Assembly: GCA_048128005.1 (NCBI GenBank)
Contig: JBEUKZ010000009.1
Location: forward strand, 434,001 to 498,000
DNA: 64,000 nucleotides
Reading direction: 5' to 3'
Source: Veleropilina oligotropha
Taxonomy: Eukaryota
The notes under the pieces were generated by a model. It had not been told where the DNA came from and searched no databases. It was given only the letters and a program-made list of their open reading frames with translations. Below, in pieces: positions 48,341-61,300 of this stretch (position 1 is the stretch's first letter; the number at the start of each line of letters is the position of its first letter). The translations under genes and the position numbers were made by a program.

Positions 48341-49374
48341 TGCCCCGTCCGTTGTATCCAGCGATCCCTGAAAGCCTGTTGTAACGGTCTTTTGTCCATG
48401 CGACCCGTCGGTAGCAGGGGCGCTACCGACTCGATGTGCCCCAGGACAGTGGCCAGTTGTCGCGCCGTAGTTATGTCCGATGACAGGGTGTCTTGGATAA
48501 CCGCGCGTAGGTTCCGCATACGCTTCTGGGTCGGCTTCGCGGTGTACCGGACCTTATCGAAGTCGACTCCGAGGAACGTAAACGTCGTCGAGGGCACGAA
48601 GCAGGATTTTGTCTCGTTGATCTGAAATCCCAGGCGCTTCGTCGATGACAGGGTAAAGCTCGTAGACCGGAGGCACAGATCTCGGGACGCCCCGAGGATC
48701 AGCCAGTCGTCGAGGTACATATGTACCCTGTGCCCTAGAGAGTGTAGGAAGGCCCCCAGGGCCTGTACTGTTCTCGTGAAGACGTACGGGGCTGACGATA
48801 GACCGAACGGTAGGCACCTGAATTGGTAGATCGTCTCCCCGTGTATAAACCGAAGGTACTGATGAGCCGTGATATGCATCGGGACATGCAGATACGCGTC
48901 GGCGAGATCGATAGACGCTGCCCAGTCGCCCGGACGGATGGCCGCTCGAATCTTCGAGAGGGTTTCTTGCTGGAATTTCTCGGTACGAAGATATAGGTTT
49001 AGGTACGAGAGATCGAGGATCGGTCTCCAGCGGCCATCGGGTTTCGGGACCAGGAAGAAATGGCTGTAAAATCCTGGTGTGCTGGGCGGCGCGGGATATA
49101 TCGCTCTTTTTAGGAGCAAATCCCGCACTGCCTGGTCTAAGACCGCTTGTTTCTCTCCGTTTAGGAGGCGAGCGTGTCTTGTTGGTGGTGCCTCGGTTAA
49201 GGTCGGATGCCGGTTGAATGCCAACTTGTATCCGGCACTCACGACTAAGTGGACCCAGTTGCTGTCTGTCAGCTCTAGCCAGGGCTGGCTGTGTGCTAAC
49301 AGGCACGCTCCCACCGGCGGGAGCGGGCAACTGGGGCCGTCGCGAATGCCGGCAGCCCTAGGGCCGAGGCTTCC
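47284..49374 (-). CDS. DIRS copy 2 pol (RT-RNaseH-MT)
   Basis: Same motifs as copy 1 (YLDD, FTDAS, VDLFA, YAFPP); frame opens after TAG at 49377-49375; no ATG before the RT core. Confidence 0.93.
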   Translation of the reverse strand, partial: GSLGPRAAGIRDGPSCPLPPVGACLLAHSQPWLELTDSNWVHLVVSAGYKLAFNRHPTLTEAPPTRHARLLNGEKQAVLDQAVRDLLLKRAIYPAPPSTPGFYSHFFLVPKPDGRWRPILDLSYLNLYLRTEKFQQETLSKIRAAIRPGDWAASIDLADAYLHVPMHITAHQYLRFIHGETIYQFRCLPFGLSSAPYVFTRTVQALGAFLHSLGHRVHMYLDDWLILGASRDLCLRSTSFTLSSTKRLGFQINETKSCFVPSTTFTFLGVDFDKVRYTAKPTQKRMRNLRAVIQDTLSSDITTARQLATVLGHIESVAPLLPTGRMDKRPLQQAFRDRWIQRTGQWKDRIDLRHWFTNTTAVWLNPALPDQSVPISPPEPNAYLFTDASNDGWGGHLDSYETSGLWPTDLQGRHINFLELEAVYLSVRSLSSHLRNKHIMLATDNTTVVAYIQHQGGTRSRPLCDRAIDLHRLVMSLNSTIRARHIPGKLNVRADSLSRRSQIIHTEWTLHSRVAREVCRRWSQPQVDLFATEFNYRLPLYVSPYPDPAALAVDAMSMTWENLSTYAFPPTCILSLVLQKAATERCEITLIAPLYRTQPWFPTLLDLIVDRPLALPQKLDLLMQPRTRVLHESPNHLRLHAWRLSNDPLLRKDFLKLQPYVSTDREGFPLQKSMTTDGLSTWIGVTAGRSIYSVPL

Positions 49375-51607
49375 CTATCCCGCTCTGCTTGCGGGATTTC
49401 GCTGGAGGTGCTTGCCTCTTTGGAGTGGGTTTATTGGCCGGAGGCCTACCACCCGAAGAGGGCTTCGCACGCTTAGAAGGCTTCGGGGCCGGGGTGGGCC
49501 CGGAGCGCTTCTTCGAGTTGGCAGGTGGACCCCGGGTGGGGAGCAGTACTGCCTTCTCGATGGCACGGTCCTTAATGTCCGCCGCTCTCTTGTCAACAAA
49601 CTCCGTGAAGTTGTCACCAAAGAGAGTGGTGGCCGAGCAAGGTACGCATCGCAACGAGCGCCGGGTGGGCTCGTCCAGCGAGGTACCTTCCAGGCAAGCA
49701 TCCCTACGAAGTAGGAGGGCATTGCCCAGGACACGTCCCGTCTCCAACGCGCTGGTCTCCTGCGCGGCAGCAACCTCCTGGAGGAAGGACAGGGCAGCCT
49801 CGGTGGCGCCGGGTCCATTCTCCTGTAATACGGCTATCGCCCCGTCTAGGAAAAAATCCTGAACGGACGATAGCCGCAGAGCCCGTCGGGCGGAGCTCTC
49901 GAAAGCTTCCAAGGCGGACCAAGGAACTTTCGCTACGGAGGGAGTGTGACTGGCGGTCAGTCGACGCAACGAAGCGTCAACACGAGCCGGCTCAGTCGCC
50001 AGGCACGGGCCAGTGCATTCGAACGGGATCGCTCGAGTACTGGCCCGGAGGTACCTCCCACTACGGAACCCCGAAGGGAACTCGTTCAGCGGGGAGGACT
50101 CCACCGGATTGCGCCCCTGAACGAGCTTGGTGATCGAGTCTACAACAAGATCCACCAGCCCGGACTGAGGTAAGGAGGGGAGCTCGGGGGCTTCCCTCGC
50201 AACAAACCGATGTGCTGCCGTCCTATGCTTGGCTACGTCTACAGCCGACCGAGTCGGTTCCGACAAGCCAAGCACCCCGCGAAGTGACGCAACAGCGTCG
50301 AGCCTTCGGCGGGTGGAGGAGGTCGGCTCCTGCGTGCCTGTAAGACTAATGTCTTCGGACCCGACCGATTCAGGGAGGTCGGTGTGATTTGAACAGAGAT
50401 CCTCGTCGGAACGAGGGTCGATGTCTATCACTGAGGCAGGAGCCGTGCTCTGCGCCATGGGCAGAAGTGTAGGTACCAGGTGCGGCTCGGGAGCCGTCGG
50501 CCAGGCCTTACACCGTTCCTCGATCCCCGCCGCGATCCATGCCTGGACGTTCTCAAAGGAGAAACCCGGAGGCAGGACGGGCGACGAACTAACAGCCGGT
50601 AGTTCTGTCGAGGTAACCGTGGCGCTAGGTAGACGGGCTGCATTGACAGGTCGAACCGAGGACCAGGGTCCACGGGCACTTGTCGAGGGGTCGAACCCGA
50701 AGGACTGGCCCGGAGGCGCAGTCAGTGGGCCGGACGACCGATAGGACTGCGGCAACAGTTCTGATCGGTCTACCACTCTGTTCGAGCGAGGCACGGACGG
50801 AAAACCGCCGTAGAACCCCGTCCCGAACGCAGCCGGTCTGTCCACGTTCTCTAGCGTGACCACGGTGGGTGCACGGGAGAGACCGGGCCCTCTGAATGTC
50901 TCGTGAGCTTCGAGGTTGAGCGGAAAACCCCTAGGGGAAGTCGCATCGTTCTCGACCGAGGATTCAGGTTTCGCCGATTGTCCGAGTCTTAGACCTACAA
51001 GTAGGTGCCCGGCCTCTTTAAAGGCTTTCTCTGCATTGGGTCTGTCACCGTAGGAAGACGGTGAGTTTCCCGCAGAAGGACTAACTGTCCCCTTATTCTT
51101 CGAGGCCGAAGAAAAGGATGGGGATGGTCTGCCCTGTACAGCTGTTCGCTGCGCTGTCATGTATACCTTGCTAGCCGGCAAGGTATGGCTGACTGCAGCT
51201 ACTAGGCCCGGTTTAGGAGGATCGGTCGACACTCGGGTCTTTACCTGAATCTTGGGTACCGGCAAGGTTTCGGTGACTCTCCCAAGAGTCGCGGAGGTTT
51301 CGCCGGTGGATCCGGCGACAGACGTCCCCTTGTGTCGGCTGTCGTCCAGCGTCCCTGAAGCAGACAAAGAAGAAACGTTAGGTAACTTACCGGTCTCTTC
51401 CTGACCCTTCTCCTGGGGAGGACCCACCGTGGCAGTCGCCCTGGTCGACTTACCGTGGTGAGACAGGGTTGCCCACTGCTTATCTGATAGAAGAAAGCAC
51501 AGATCACATTGATGATGTATACTACAGCTACGGTGAGTACAACATTCCTTGTGCCTATCAAATGCGTGAATTTTCTGGTTACACCCGGAGCTACTGCACC
51601 GGACCAT
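49358..51607 (-). CDS. DIRS copy 2 ORF1 (gag-like, 749 aa)
   Basis: ATG 51607 (MVRCSSSGC...), collinear with copy 1 gag. Confidence 0.88.
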   Translation of the reverse strand: MVRCSSSGCNQKIHAFDRHKECCTHRSCSIHHQCDLCFLLSDKQWATLSHHGKSTRATATVGPPQEKGQEETGKLPNVSSLSASGTLDDSRHKGTSVAGSTGETSATLGRVTETLPVPKIQVKTRVSTDPPKPGLVAAVSHTLPASKVYMTAQRTAVQGRPSPSFSSASKNKGTVSPSAGNSPSSYGDRPNAEKAFKEAGHLLVGLRLGQSAKPESSVENDATSPRGFPLNLEAHETFRGPGLSRAPTVVTLENVDRPAAFGTGFYGGFPSVPRSNRVVDRSELLPQSYRSSGPLTAPPGQSFGFDPSTSARGPWSSVRPVNAARLPSATVTSTELPAVSSSPVLPPGFSFENVQAWIAAGIEERCKAWPTAPEPHLVPTLLPMAQSTAPASVIDIDPRSDEDLCSNHTDLPESVGSEDISLTGTQEPTSSTRRRLDAVASLRGVLGLSEPTRSAVDVAKHRTAAHRFVAREAPELPSLPQSGLVDLVVDSITKLVQGRNPVESSPLNEFPSGFRSGRYLRASTRAIPFECTGPCLATEPARVDASLRRLTASHTPSVAKVPWSALEAFESSARRALRLSSVQDFFLDGAIAVLQENGPGATEAALSFLQEVAAAQETSALETGRVLGNALLLRRDACLEGTSLDEPTRRSLRCVPCSATTLFGDNFTEFVDKRAADIKDRAIEKAVLLPTRGPPANSKKRSGPTPAPKPSKRAKPSSGGRPPANKPTPKRQAPPAKSRKQSGIGKPRP

Positions 51608-52840
51608 AGCTAAATACACGGGAGGGTGGACGTGGGTAGACGGGGTAGATAAATAGGTATATATATGGTAGTTGAGACTTCTTTCCTTGGAGGGAGTACT
51701 ACGACAACTCACAGAATTGTCCTGATCTGAAGATTAGAGATCAAGCGATATACCGTTATTAGAACCCCGAACTGGGAACACCGAGGTCGGGTATTTTACC
51801 CGACCGACCCGGTAACCCGGCAAATTGACTAAAACAAAGGGGGGTTCTTTCCTCGAAAAAACCCGCCCAGAAAAACACCTGAAAACCTCGTGGATGTTTT
51901 AAGTTAGTACAATGGCGTATTATCCCAGCAACGGCAGGATATCAGAAAATTAACGCAAGCTTAATATCAAAAGATCCTGCCTTTTAACAACGCTAGAAAA
52001 TTTTATATATAATAAATAACCAGCAAATAGCGTTGTTAAGGAATTATCCAATATAATGAGTTACCTGTTTTGCAGTCTCAAACAATATCAGATAATTATA
52101 CAGACCAGAAATTTCAGCTACCACTCGAAACTTTCCCTCTAAGCGGCCATCTTTAATGGCCACTGGCGTCCTTGACGACGATGTCTGTTTCCTTTGATGT
52201 CCAGAACTTCCTCGAAGTTTTGAGAATCACTCTTCTTATATTCACATGTGTTTTATATCCACAACACGGTTATATTCCACTACTTATATGCTATATAAGT
52301 AGAAACTGCGCCCTGATTTAACGTGAAATCGGGCGCCTATATCGAAATATTTGCGGAGCAAAAACAACGTCTTTCCGCGGCAGCGGAAAACTTTGAATTG
52401 ATGTCATGTGACTTCTATTGTTCAGAAGTCTCACGAGACTTGGCGAAGTCTCGCTAGGGAACGTGGGGGGTAGGAGCAGGGGAGGTAACCGTGTGCTTTT
52501 TGGCTTATTAACGGTGCATTATGGGACATATTCACCATTTCCGGTTTGGGCGATAATATACTATTATGGCAAGAGTAAGGACGTAAGTATGTTTGTAACT
52601 ATATACAATGTTACCAACTGACGTGCTATCCACTCAAGTCGAAGCAGTTAATAATTAGGAAGCAATTTGAAAGATGTGTGGCCAAAATGACAGGATGTAA
52701 AAATGCTGATTTAACTTACATGTAGGCTAATTTTTAGGAAAAAAACTTAAATGGAGACGAAAAGTGGTGCGACCTTGGTCGGAACGCGCCATGGAAGATG
52801 GTGGCAATTGCTATATATAGGACTGTATTAGGGAGCAACA

Positions 52841-53120
52841 TCTATATAGATAAAGTAGTAATTATGTCTGTCTGCTTTGCTTTGTTTGCATGTGGGTTTG
52901 TCGCTTTGGCACTTCTGCACCCCGTTCACTGTTATATATAGAGAGATAGCGTGAGATGATTGAGAGAGTCTTTGTATGGATAGAGAGCAGGCGGGGGGTC
53001 AAGTGTGGGGGACATAGTGGGGGGGGGGGTAAATGGGGGAGAGTAAAGTGGAGGGGGAAATGGGCAAGAAATGGGGGATTTCAGCGAAATCACCCTTTTG
53101 TAAAAGGGTGTACCCACTAG
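52841..53120 (+). mobile_element. Non-autonomous Helitron
   Basis: A|TCTATATAG 5' end, 3' hairpin cacccttttgtaaaagggtg followed by CTAG|T; a related 3' end lies on the minus strand at ~63857-63910. Confidence 0.65.
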
Positions 53121-54578
53121 TATATTATAATTCAAACTTTCCGCATCACACGCTCTTTTCAATGGGTTAATTATGACCAAATAATGTCAGCATCACCAAT
53201 TTGATAATGAAGTTTGATCCGTGGTTAGATATGTGACCATGCTAAGAATACTGGGTGGATATACTGAAGCAAGAAAGCATATAATCGAAACGAGTCCTGT
53301 CAAAGACTTCATGGCTAAATCTTTTCAGTGGCAAATTGTGCAAAAGCATAAGTCTATGTGCAGTATAGTTGAGGCGTGACTGTTCAGGCAGAGCCAACAA
53401 TAGACTCGCACATATTTTTATATAAAGAAATCCTGTAACAAATGGTCAATTTGGTTACCAATAAAAGGCGATAGTGTCTGAATTCTTATTATAATATCGA
53501 AGTAACTATGCGTATGGAAGGCGTATCATTAAACCAAGGGTCTACAATTGTGGAAAATGATGTGTGCATGTTCGATACATAAATATTACGAACAAACAAT
53601 AAAATGGCCAAACGATTAGTTACTTCTAAAGAAATATACAAATATACATATGTTATGTTGTAATATGGGATGTTTCATGTTTAGACTTAATGTTAAGTAT
53701 AAATTCTATTGATCAGTGTATCAGGCAGCAGACACACACTAATCTTTAAAAATATCGAAGTTGAAATTGGCTTTTATTAATGGATATGGCTATGGCTAGG
53801 CTTAATTAATAGCCTAAAATTGGACCAGTTATTTAATTTAAATGACGAAGGCTCTGCTGTTGTTGTATGAACTAATTTCTATCTTTATCATTTATTTTCA
53901 CATAATTGAATCGATTTATACTGTAATCTTATATCCCTCGTGTTATTCCTTTCCTTCTGTAATGGCGCCTCTTTGTAAACAAATTTTGCCCCAGGCACGT
54001 CATTTGGGCTAAGAATAATACAGTAAAACGGTTGAGAGCTGACCATTGTGTTAACAAAGAGAACGGCGCTAGCTGAATGTTTGTCCTACTTTCGACCAGC
54101 TGTGTACTACGTAGTACGCAACACACGTATTGATGACGCGTTGTAGATCAAGGCTATTAAGAATGCTTATCTTAACCGACAAAAATAATCTCACAATTTC
54201 TTAATTTTTCTTACATTTCATGGTAGCATGTATGTAAAATCAAGAAAAAAGAAACAATTTTTAACTGTGATGGAATTAACGAAAGTGAAGTGAAATTGAC
54301 AAGGCACCAAACTCACTGACAAAGAAATTAACAAGGTGTTGATAGAAGTGGATTCTTCTGATAAAGCGCCCACAGGGTGATATGTGCTGTTCATTATACT
54401 TTTAAGGGGTTACAGGTTGCAATTTACAATAGATTGCCTTGGTATGTATGACAGATAATACCCTGACACCCCTGCACGATATCTTGCATAATTTCCCAAG
54501 CTCCGCTCGGGTAATTATGAAATATATCTTTGCAGGGTATTATCTATTACATAACATCGCCCGTGATCCATTATTCAG

Positions 54579-55410
54579 TATTTATCACATATCTTGGTCA
54601 TGTTCCCATAGTGCAACACTGTGTCTTATTCTTCGTATTAGATGCGTGTATTAAAGCCTGCTTGAAATGTGATTGGATGATTTAATGAATGAAATTAGAA
54701 CAGCCAATAGAACTGCATGTCACTAAAGGTCGAGCGCACTTCTTTTTTTTACTACGTATTGTTTACTATAATGTCATAATGAGATTGCCGACAATATTTG
54801 TAATGTTGACATTATGGCGGCGTTAGTGGAAACATTTATAGCAAAGGCCACAAAACAACAACATGTTAGAGATTATTGGAACTGATTTCGAGGTAACGAG
54901 ATTGCAGATGCGACAATCACATATATGCAGGACCCGAGGTACGTATACATAGCTTCTCCGCGATAGCAGACGTCAATGACAGATTCAAACCGTTCAGCGA
55001 CACATATATCCCACGTTACTGTTTTTGGCAGATAGTTTTAAATCCTAATGAAAATTGTTATTCTAATATGTTCATATAGTTTATATAAAGTTATATCGTT
55101 TCAGTTTCAAAGAATATTTGTTAGTTATTTAATTAATGTCAATTAATCAACCACTGTCGCACTCTTTTTAGAGGGCATTGTTATTAATTTATGTAAAGAG
55201 TTAACACGATGGCCTTTTGCATAAAACTGTTTACATATCACTTCGCAGTAATGTCGCCGTCACTCTAATGCTGCTGATTCTTCGTGCCGGTAAGGAAATT
55301 TCGTGTGTTTGTAGTTTGTTTCCTACCAAAGAGCAATATGTGATAAATAGAACCTTACACTCGTAGTAATGTAATATCACATTACCACTCATATGAGATC
55401 CTCTATTTAT
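54579..55410 (+). mobile_element. Non-autonomous Crypton-like element related in its ends to 7590-8990
   Basis: tatttatcacatat (54579-54592) / atatgtgataaata (55336-55349), short hairpin, terminal atcctctat. Confidence 0.55.
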
Positions 55411-58310
55411 AGAATTCCATCTACCGGTAAATGCACGGTTCTGTAGTACTCATCGCCATTGTCTACTCTGATTTCCGATCTCCGAACAGCAATCATAATT
55501 ATATGTATTTCATAGATTAAAACAGTATCTGCATCTAATTATATATACTAAAATAAAACATTAAAAAAGGTGATTTTCATATAAACTTCTTTAAAATACA
55601 ATAAATATTAGATGAGCTTCGAGAAAGGCAAATCTAATAACACACATCCTATGGTTCAGCATCCACTTATCCTTCTGTAAAGACTTTCATTCACAGACAA
55701 CAAATGAAATTTCTTTGCCTGTCAACTTAAATTTGATTATTGACATCGACTTAGACACAGTGCTTTCGTTTTCTATGGATGCCTTTGTGGGTGCCTTATT
55801 ATATTGTCGCATACTTGGTAGGTGGGACAACCTGTTCGTTGATATATAGGTGGTGAAGGTGACACAAGGTCAACCGCAAAATGAAGTTAAACTATCAAAA
55901 TCTTTTATTATCTGGTGTTCATAACCTCAACTGTCAAAACATAACTTTTATGCAATTTTCCTGAAACCAGCCCATATGAGATTTCACATTCTAATAGCAA
56001 CCTCAGTGAGACTTTGGTTGCAGAAGAGCAAAAAAAATAATTGTGTTAGCAGGGCTCTATGGTCGCGGAATATGGAATAACCTTGGTTTTCAGACCAGGG
56101 CGTACATTTATGCCAATATGTAAGAAATTGGGTGTACATATCGTATGCTTTACTGAATTTATCATATTGAATGAAGGTTCACGGAAGATAGTCCAGCAAT
56201 ATAATTGTCTTTAAAGTGACCCCCTGGTCGCAGATTTTGCCCAGGCGTTGGGGGCATGGCCTTACATTGGCGGGTATACAAGTTTGCCTGTGAAGTCTGG
56301 AGGTGATAATTGATCTAACAATTAAAAACACACTTCGTAATTGGATTTCTGTTGTTTTAACCATGTGTCAACCAATCATAAGTCTTGATGTCGATGTGGT
56401 AAGATCGGTTTCCTAGTCAGGAATGAGCAGACCACTACTGTACTGGCTAGCCCCTTTAATAGTGGCACCCCGGCCTTTAAATCAGCATATATACTTTTAT
56501 AGCGAAGAACTACATAGTTTGAATAAATACCAAAAACATCTGCAGGTCAGGATGAACATTTCTAGTTGATTACAGATTACACAGTTACACCCGGACTTCG
56601 ACAACTAGGTTTACTGTCAGACTGTACACCTTGAGTAAAAAATTATCTCTAGTTCGGTCTTGTTCCTTCCATATATATTAAAATATTAACAAGGGCAATC
56701 AGAGGAGATTGCAAACCCTCGCTCCGGGGCCAATGAAGATGACGGTGAAAGTCAAAAATAAATATTTCTGAACGTGTGAAGTACAATCATAAAAATGTGA
56801 TGACAAATCATAACAAAATTCAAGTAATAATAAAAAAACTTATATAAATTACAAAAATTGGAGGTAACTGGATTCGAACACCTGACCTCAATATTAATCG
56901 ACAACGCCTTAATAATATAACCATTTGCGCCATCCATACATGTCTAACAAGAGCAATCAGAGGAGATTGCAAACCCTCGCCAAGGGGCCAAGGAAGACGG
57001 TGGTGAAAGTCAGAAATGTCTACGATCAATATTTCTAAACATGAATTACAATCATAAAAATGTAATCACAAATAATAAAAAAAATAAGGAATAACAAAAT
57101 TTAAATAAAAATTAAAAAAAGTTATTTTGGAGGTAACGGGAGTCGAACCCCGGACCTCCAGATCTTTCCCCAACGACCTAACCGTTTACTCCATACAGAC
57201 AGTCGAACTACTACTGCTAATTTAGGCTATTTATATTTGGTGTTACATTTTTGTATTTGCATTTTGCCGAAGTATATAACTCGCAATAACACAATAGTTA
57301 AGCGATATACCTGAAATATTTAGGAGGCGAGGGTAATAAAATGCATTTGCCTATCTCTGAGTGTGATCGAGTTGAGATCAGTGAAAACGAAAATCCTCAC
57401 AATAGCCTAAATCATCCGTTCCTCATTAACAACAACAAAAATAGTATATACTGTTGAGAGAAAATCATCAGTTTTATAACAAGAGCCAGAAGTCAGTTAA
57501 ATATTAGATGATATTTACTAAAATGAATAGGACTCGTCCTTTTATCACGATATCCCACTATTTCTCCTCTATTATTCAACTGGTAGAGCGTTGAAAAAAC
57601 ATTAAGTGAGTCGGTACGACATAACGGCATGGGTTAATTATTCTAATTTCTAACAGTTAAAAGTTATAAAATGGATGGCTTATATACAAATTTCACTACG
57701 AAATATTGTGACCAGCAGGGTGTCCATGATGAGTGGAGAGAGTGCAGGTGCAGTAATTTATAGGTGCCTAAAGTTACATCAAGGGAGACAAAACAGAACC
57801 ATCATGCAATATCCCCAAATATTGAGATACACTCCGGAAAAGATAACATTAACAAATTTAAGATAAGGGAATAACTCTGTTAATAATCACTGCACAACGT
57901 CCAAATTAGAAAAAGGCACCAGTTCACCAACTACTTAACCCTTTAACGTGATATCCGGTGAGATTACAGATGCAATGTATGATGAGAACATCATTGGAAA
58001 TGTCGTCCGGATAAGGCAGCTTTACGAGTAGAGCATCTGATTTTTGCGGCCACTTTCGGACCGATTGAATGCTAAAGGGTTAATACACCCACCAAGTTTT
58101 GAAAAATGATATGTTGAGTGGATTACGAGATACGCTGAGAAATACCCTGCAAACAAATTTGTGAGAGTCAATAATACCGACGTCACCATGATATCATCAA
58201 ACTTTAACTTGACTTACATGTTGTTGAATATCAGCAGTTCCATTAGGTTTATCAGCAGTAAACTCGTCATTTCGAGCACTGAAACAAAAGAGGATTACGA
58301 TATTAATATT

Positions 58311-61300
58311 CAGGGTTCTCTCCGGATTGAAATTATATAAGGCGGGGAATTATATCGCAGAGGATTTGATTGTGTTCGAGCGCGCGTGCGTGAATGTATG
58401 TAACAGTATGCATGTATATGTGCAAATATATTGTATAAATATTATTATGGGTAGTTTGCACTTTAGTGGGTGCAAAAAGAATTTCTTCCGTATGTAAATT
58501 GTGGTTGCTATGCGTTTTCATTTCATTTCAAAATGGTCGCCATTTTGTTGTCGCTTCAAATCAATTTAAGATGAAAATTAACAAATTAAAGTTGTCTTTT
58601 TATAAAATCATTCTAAAAACGTGTTAGAAATGATAACATTTACAAAGCCGACACATTTATCATGATTTCTCTTGCTTTTAGTATCATTTGGCAAACTTTA
58701 GTCTTGTTTTTTATGTGTTCTTCAAAAGGCAAAAACACAAGACTCAAGAGCGTCAAATGATACAAAAAGCAACAGACGTCAAACTAAAACATTATTATAA
58801 TTCTTATAAAAGACACATGATTATAAAATACAATCTCTTACCTTATTTTGATGACAATACGACTACTACTTTGGGAGAAAATACTATCTTTTCATATTTA
58901 TTATCGGTAAATCCGCAAATAACTTCAGGTCAAGTCGGCAGTAAAAGTCCATTTTGATGTTCTAATCGGGTCAATATTTACCGAAACAGCTTCTAACATT
59001 TCCATTAAGAACATGATTTTATTTACTGCAAGTTATTTCATGAATTCGAAAGGCTTAGTATAAAAAAAAAGCTTCAAAACATCGATATCTGCATAAAATG
59101 GCAGTGACATTTCGTCTGCTAAAGCTAATGTTTACATGTCAAATTCTGGCCCGATTTCAGCAACCAATCAAATGCGTTTTTGGAGTCACATATGTGTGGC
59201 AACGGCTTTCATTTCATTGAGATTTTCAGTGAAGATGAAATTTCACAGATTATTGCAAATAACAATTTGACATCGTTTCAAAGTATTACCTACTCGGTAC
59301 TTTGTTCCGAATGTAATCAAGTTACTTTTCACGCTTTTTCCATTTTTGGTAGTCTCAGGGCCCAAATTTTATGTTTTTCTAGTTTTTAACTTTTTTCGCA
59401 TGCCTTCTATATATATATATATACAAGATTCTCTTTATGGTGGCACATGCTGTTCTTCGGAAGGCTGCGCCCACTAAAGTGCATGTGCCCCATTATTATA
59501 ATGGCTTCTATGGGGTCAACATCTGGTATGGTGGTCATTTAAAAAAAACAAGAGTTTGCCACTAACGTGGCAAGAGTCCCCCGCCAGTGATTAAGGGACT
59601 GCTATATCGCCCAATGCATGTATGGGAGCTGTTTATATATGTTGTACATAATATGATATGACGATTGTCCAAACTGAGACGGAGAAATCGTATGGATGTC
59701 AACATAATCGACTGGTATCGGCGATATCCACAAATGTATCTATCTACCAAATATAAATGAAATCAGTTCATTCTGTCTTGAGATATCGCGCTAACAACAA
59801 TTAAATACATTTGGGGATATCGCTGGCACCAGTCAATTATGGCGACATTGACCTCGGTATCTGAAGACAGAAAATGAGGTCAAGGTCAACATAATCGACT
59901 GGTATCGGCGATATCCACAAATGTATCTATCTACCAAATATAAATGAAATCAGTTCATTCTGTCTTGAGATATCGCACTAACAACAATTGAATGAGCAAA
60001 AGCGTAAACTGTACCCTGTGACCTTGAAAAAGAGGTGAAAGTCACCATAATCGACTGGTGTCGGCGGTATCCACAAAGGTATCTATCCACCAAATATAAA
60101 TGAAAACAGTTCATTCAGTCTTGAGATATTGCGCTAACAACAATTGAATGAGCAAAAGAGTAAACTGTACCCTGTGACCTTGAAAATGAGGTCAAGGTCA
60201 CCATAATCGACTGGTGTCGGCGGTATCCCCAAAGGTATCACTCCTCCAAATATAATTGAAATCGGTTCATTCTGTCTTGAGATATCGCGAAATAGTAAAC
60301 TGTACCCTGTGACCTTGAAAATGAGGTCAAGGTCACCATAATCGACTGGTGTCGGTGGCATCCCCAAAGGTATCTATCCACCAAATATAAATGAAATCGG
60401 TATATGTACTCTTGAGATATCACGCTAACAACAACTGAATGAGCGAAAGAGTAAACTGTACCCTGTGACCTTGAAAATGAGGGCAAGGTCACCATAATCG
60501 ACTGGTGTCGGCGGTATCCCCAAAGGTATCAATCCACCAAATATAATTGAAATCGGTTCATTCATTCTTGAGATATTGCGCTAACAACAAATGAATGAGC
60601 AAAAGAGTAAACTGTACCCCGTGACCTTGAAAATGAGGTGAAGGTCACCATAATCGACTGGTGTCGGCGGACTCCCCAAAGGTAACTATCCACCAAATAT
60701 AAATGAAATCGGTTCATTCAGTCTTGAGATATTGCGCTAACAAGGTCGTACGGACGCGAAAGAGTAAACTGTACCCCGTGACCTTGAAAATGAGGTCAAG
60801 GTCACCATAATCGACTGGTGTCGGCGGTATCCCCAAAGGTATCAATCCACCAAATATAATTGAAATCGGTTCATTCATTCTTGAGATATTGCGCTAACAA
60901 CAAATGAATGAGCAAAAGAGTAAACTGTACCCCGTGACCTTGAAAATGAGGTGAAGGTCACCATAATCGACTGGTGTCGGCGGACTCCCCAAAGGTAACT
61001 ATCAACCAAATATAAATGAAATCGGTTCATTCAGTCTTGATATATTGCGCTAACAAGGTCGTACGGACGTAAGCGAAAGAGTAAACTGTACCCTGTGACC
61101 TTGAAAATGAGGGCAAGGTCACCATAATCGACTGGTGTCGGCGGTATCCCCAAAGGTATCAATCCACCAAATATAATTGAAATCGGTTCATTCATTCTTG
61201 AGATATTGCGCTAACAACAAATGAATGATCAAAAGAGTAAACTGTACCCCGTGACCTTGAAAATGAGGTGAAGGTCACCATAATCGACTGGTGTCGGCGG

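Larger units (their letters stand above)
45149..52605 (-). mobile_element. DIRS-type YR retrotransposon, copy 2 (sister subfamily of copy 1)
   Basis: 206-bp ITRs (45182-45387 / 52389-52594), ICR 45448-45538, gag/pol/YR collinear with copy 1. Confidence 0.95.

Noticed and set aside
56860..57200. tRNA-like B-box sequences (ggattcgaac, ggagtcgaacccc)
   Set aside because: No complete cloverleaf; embedded in a duplicated repeat element, so not called tRNA genes.
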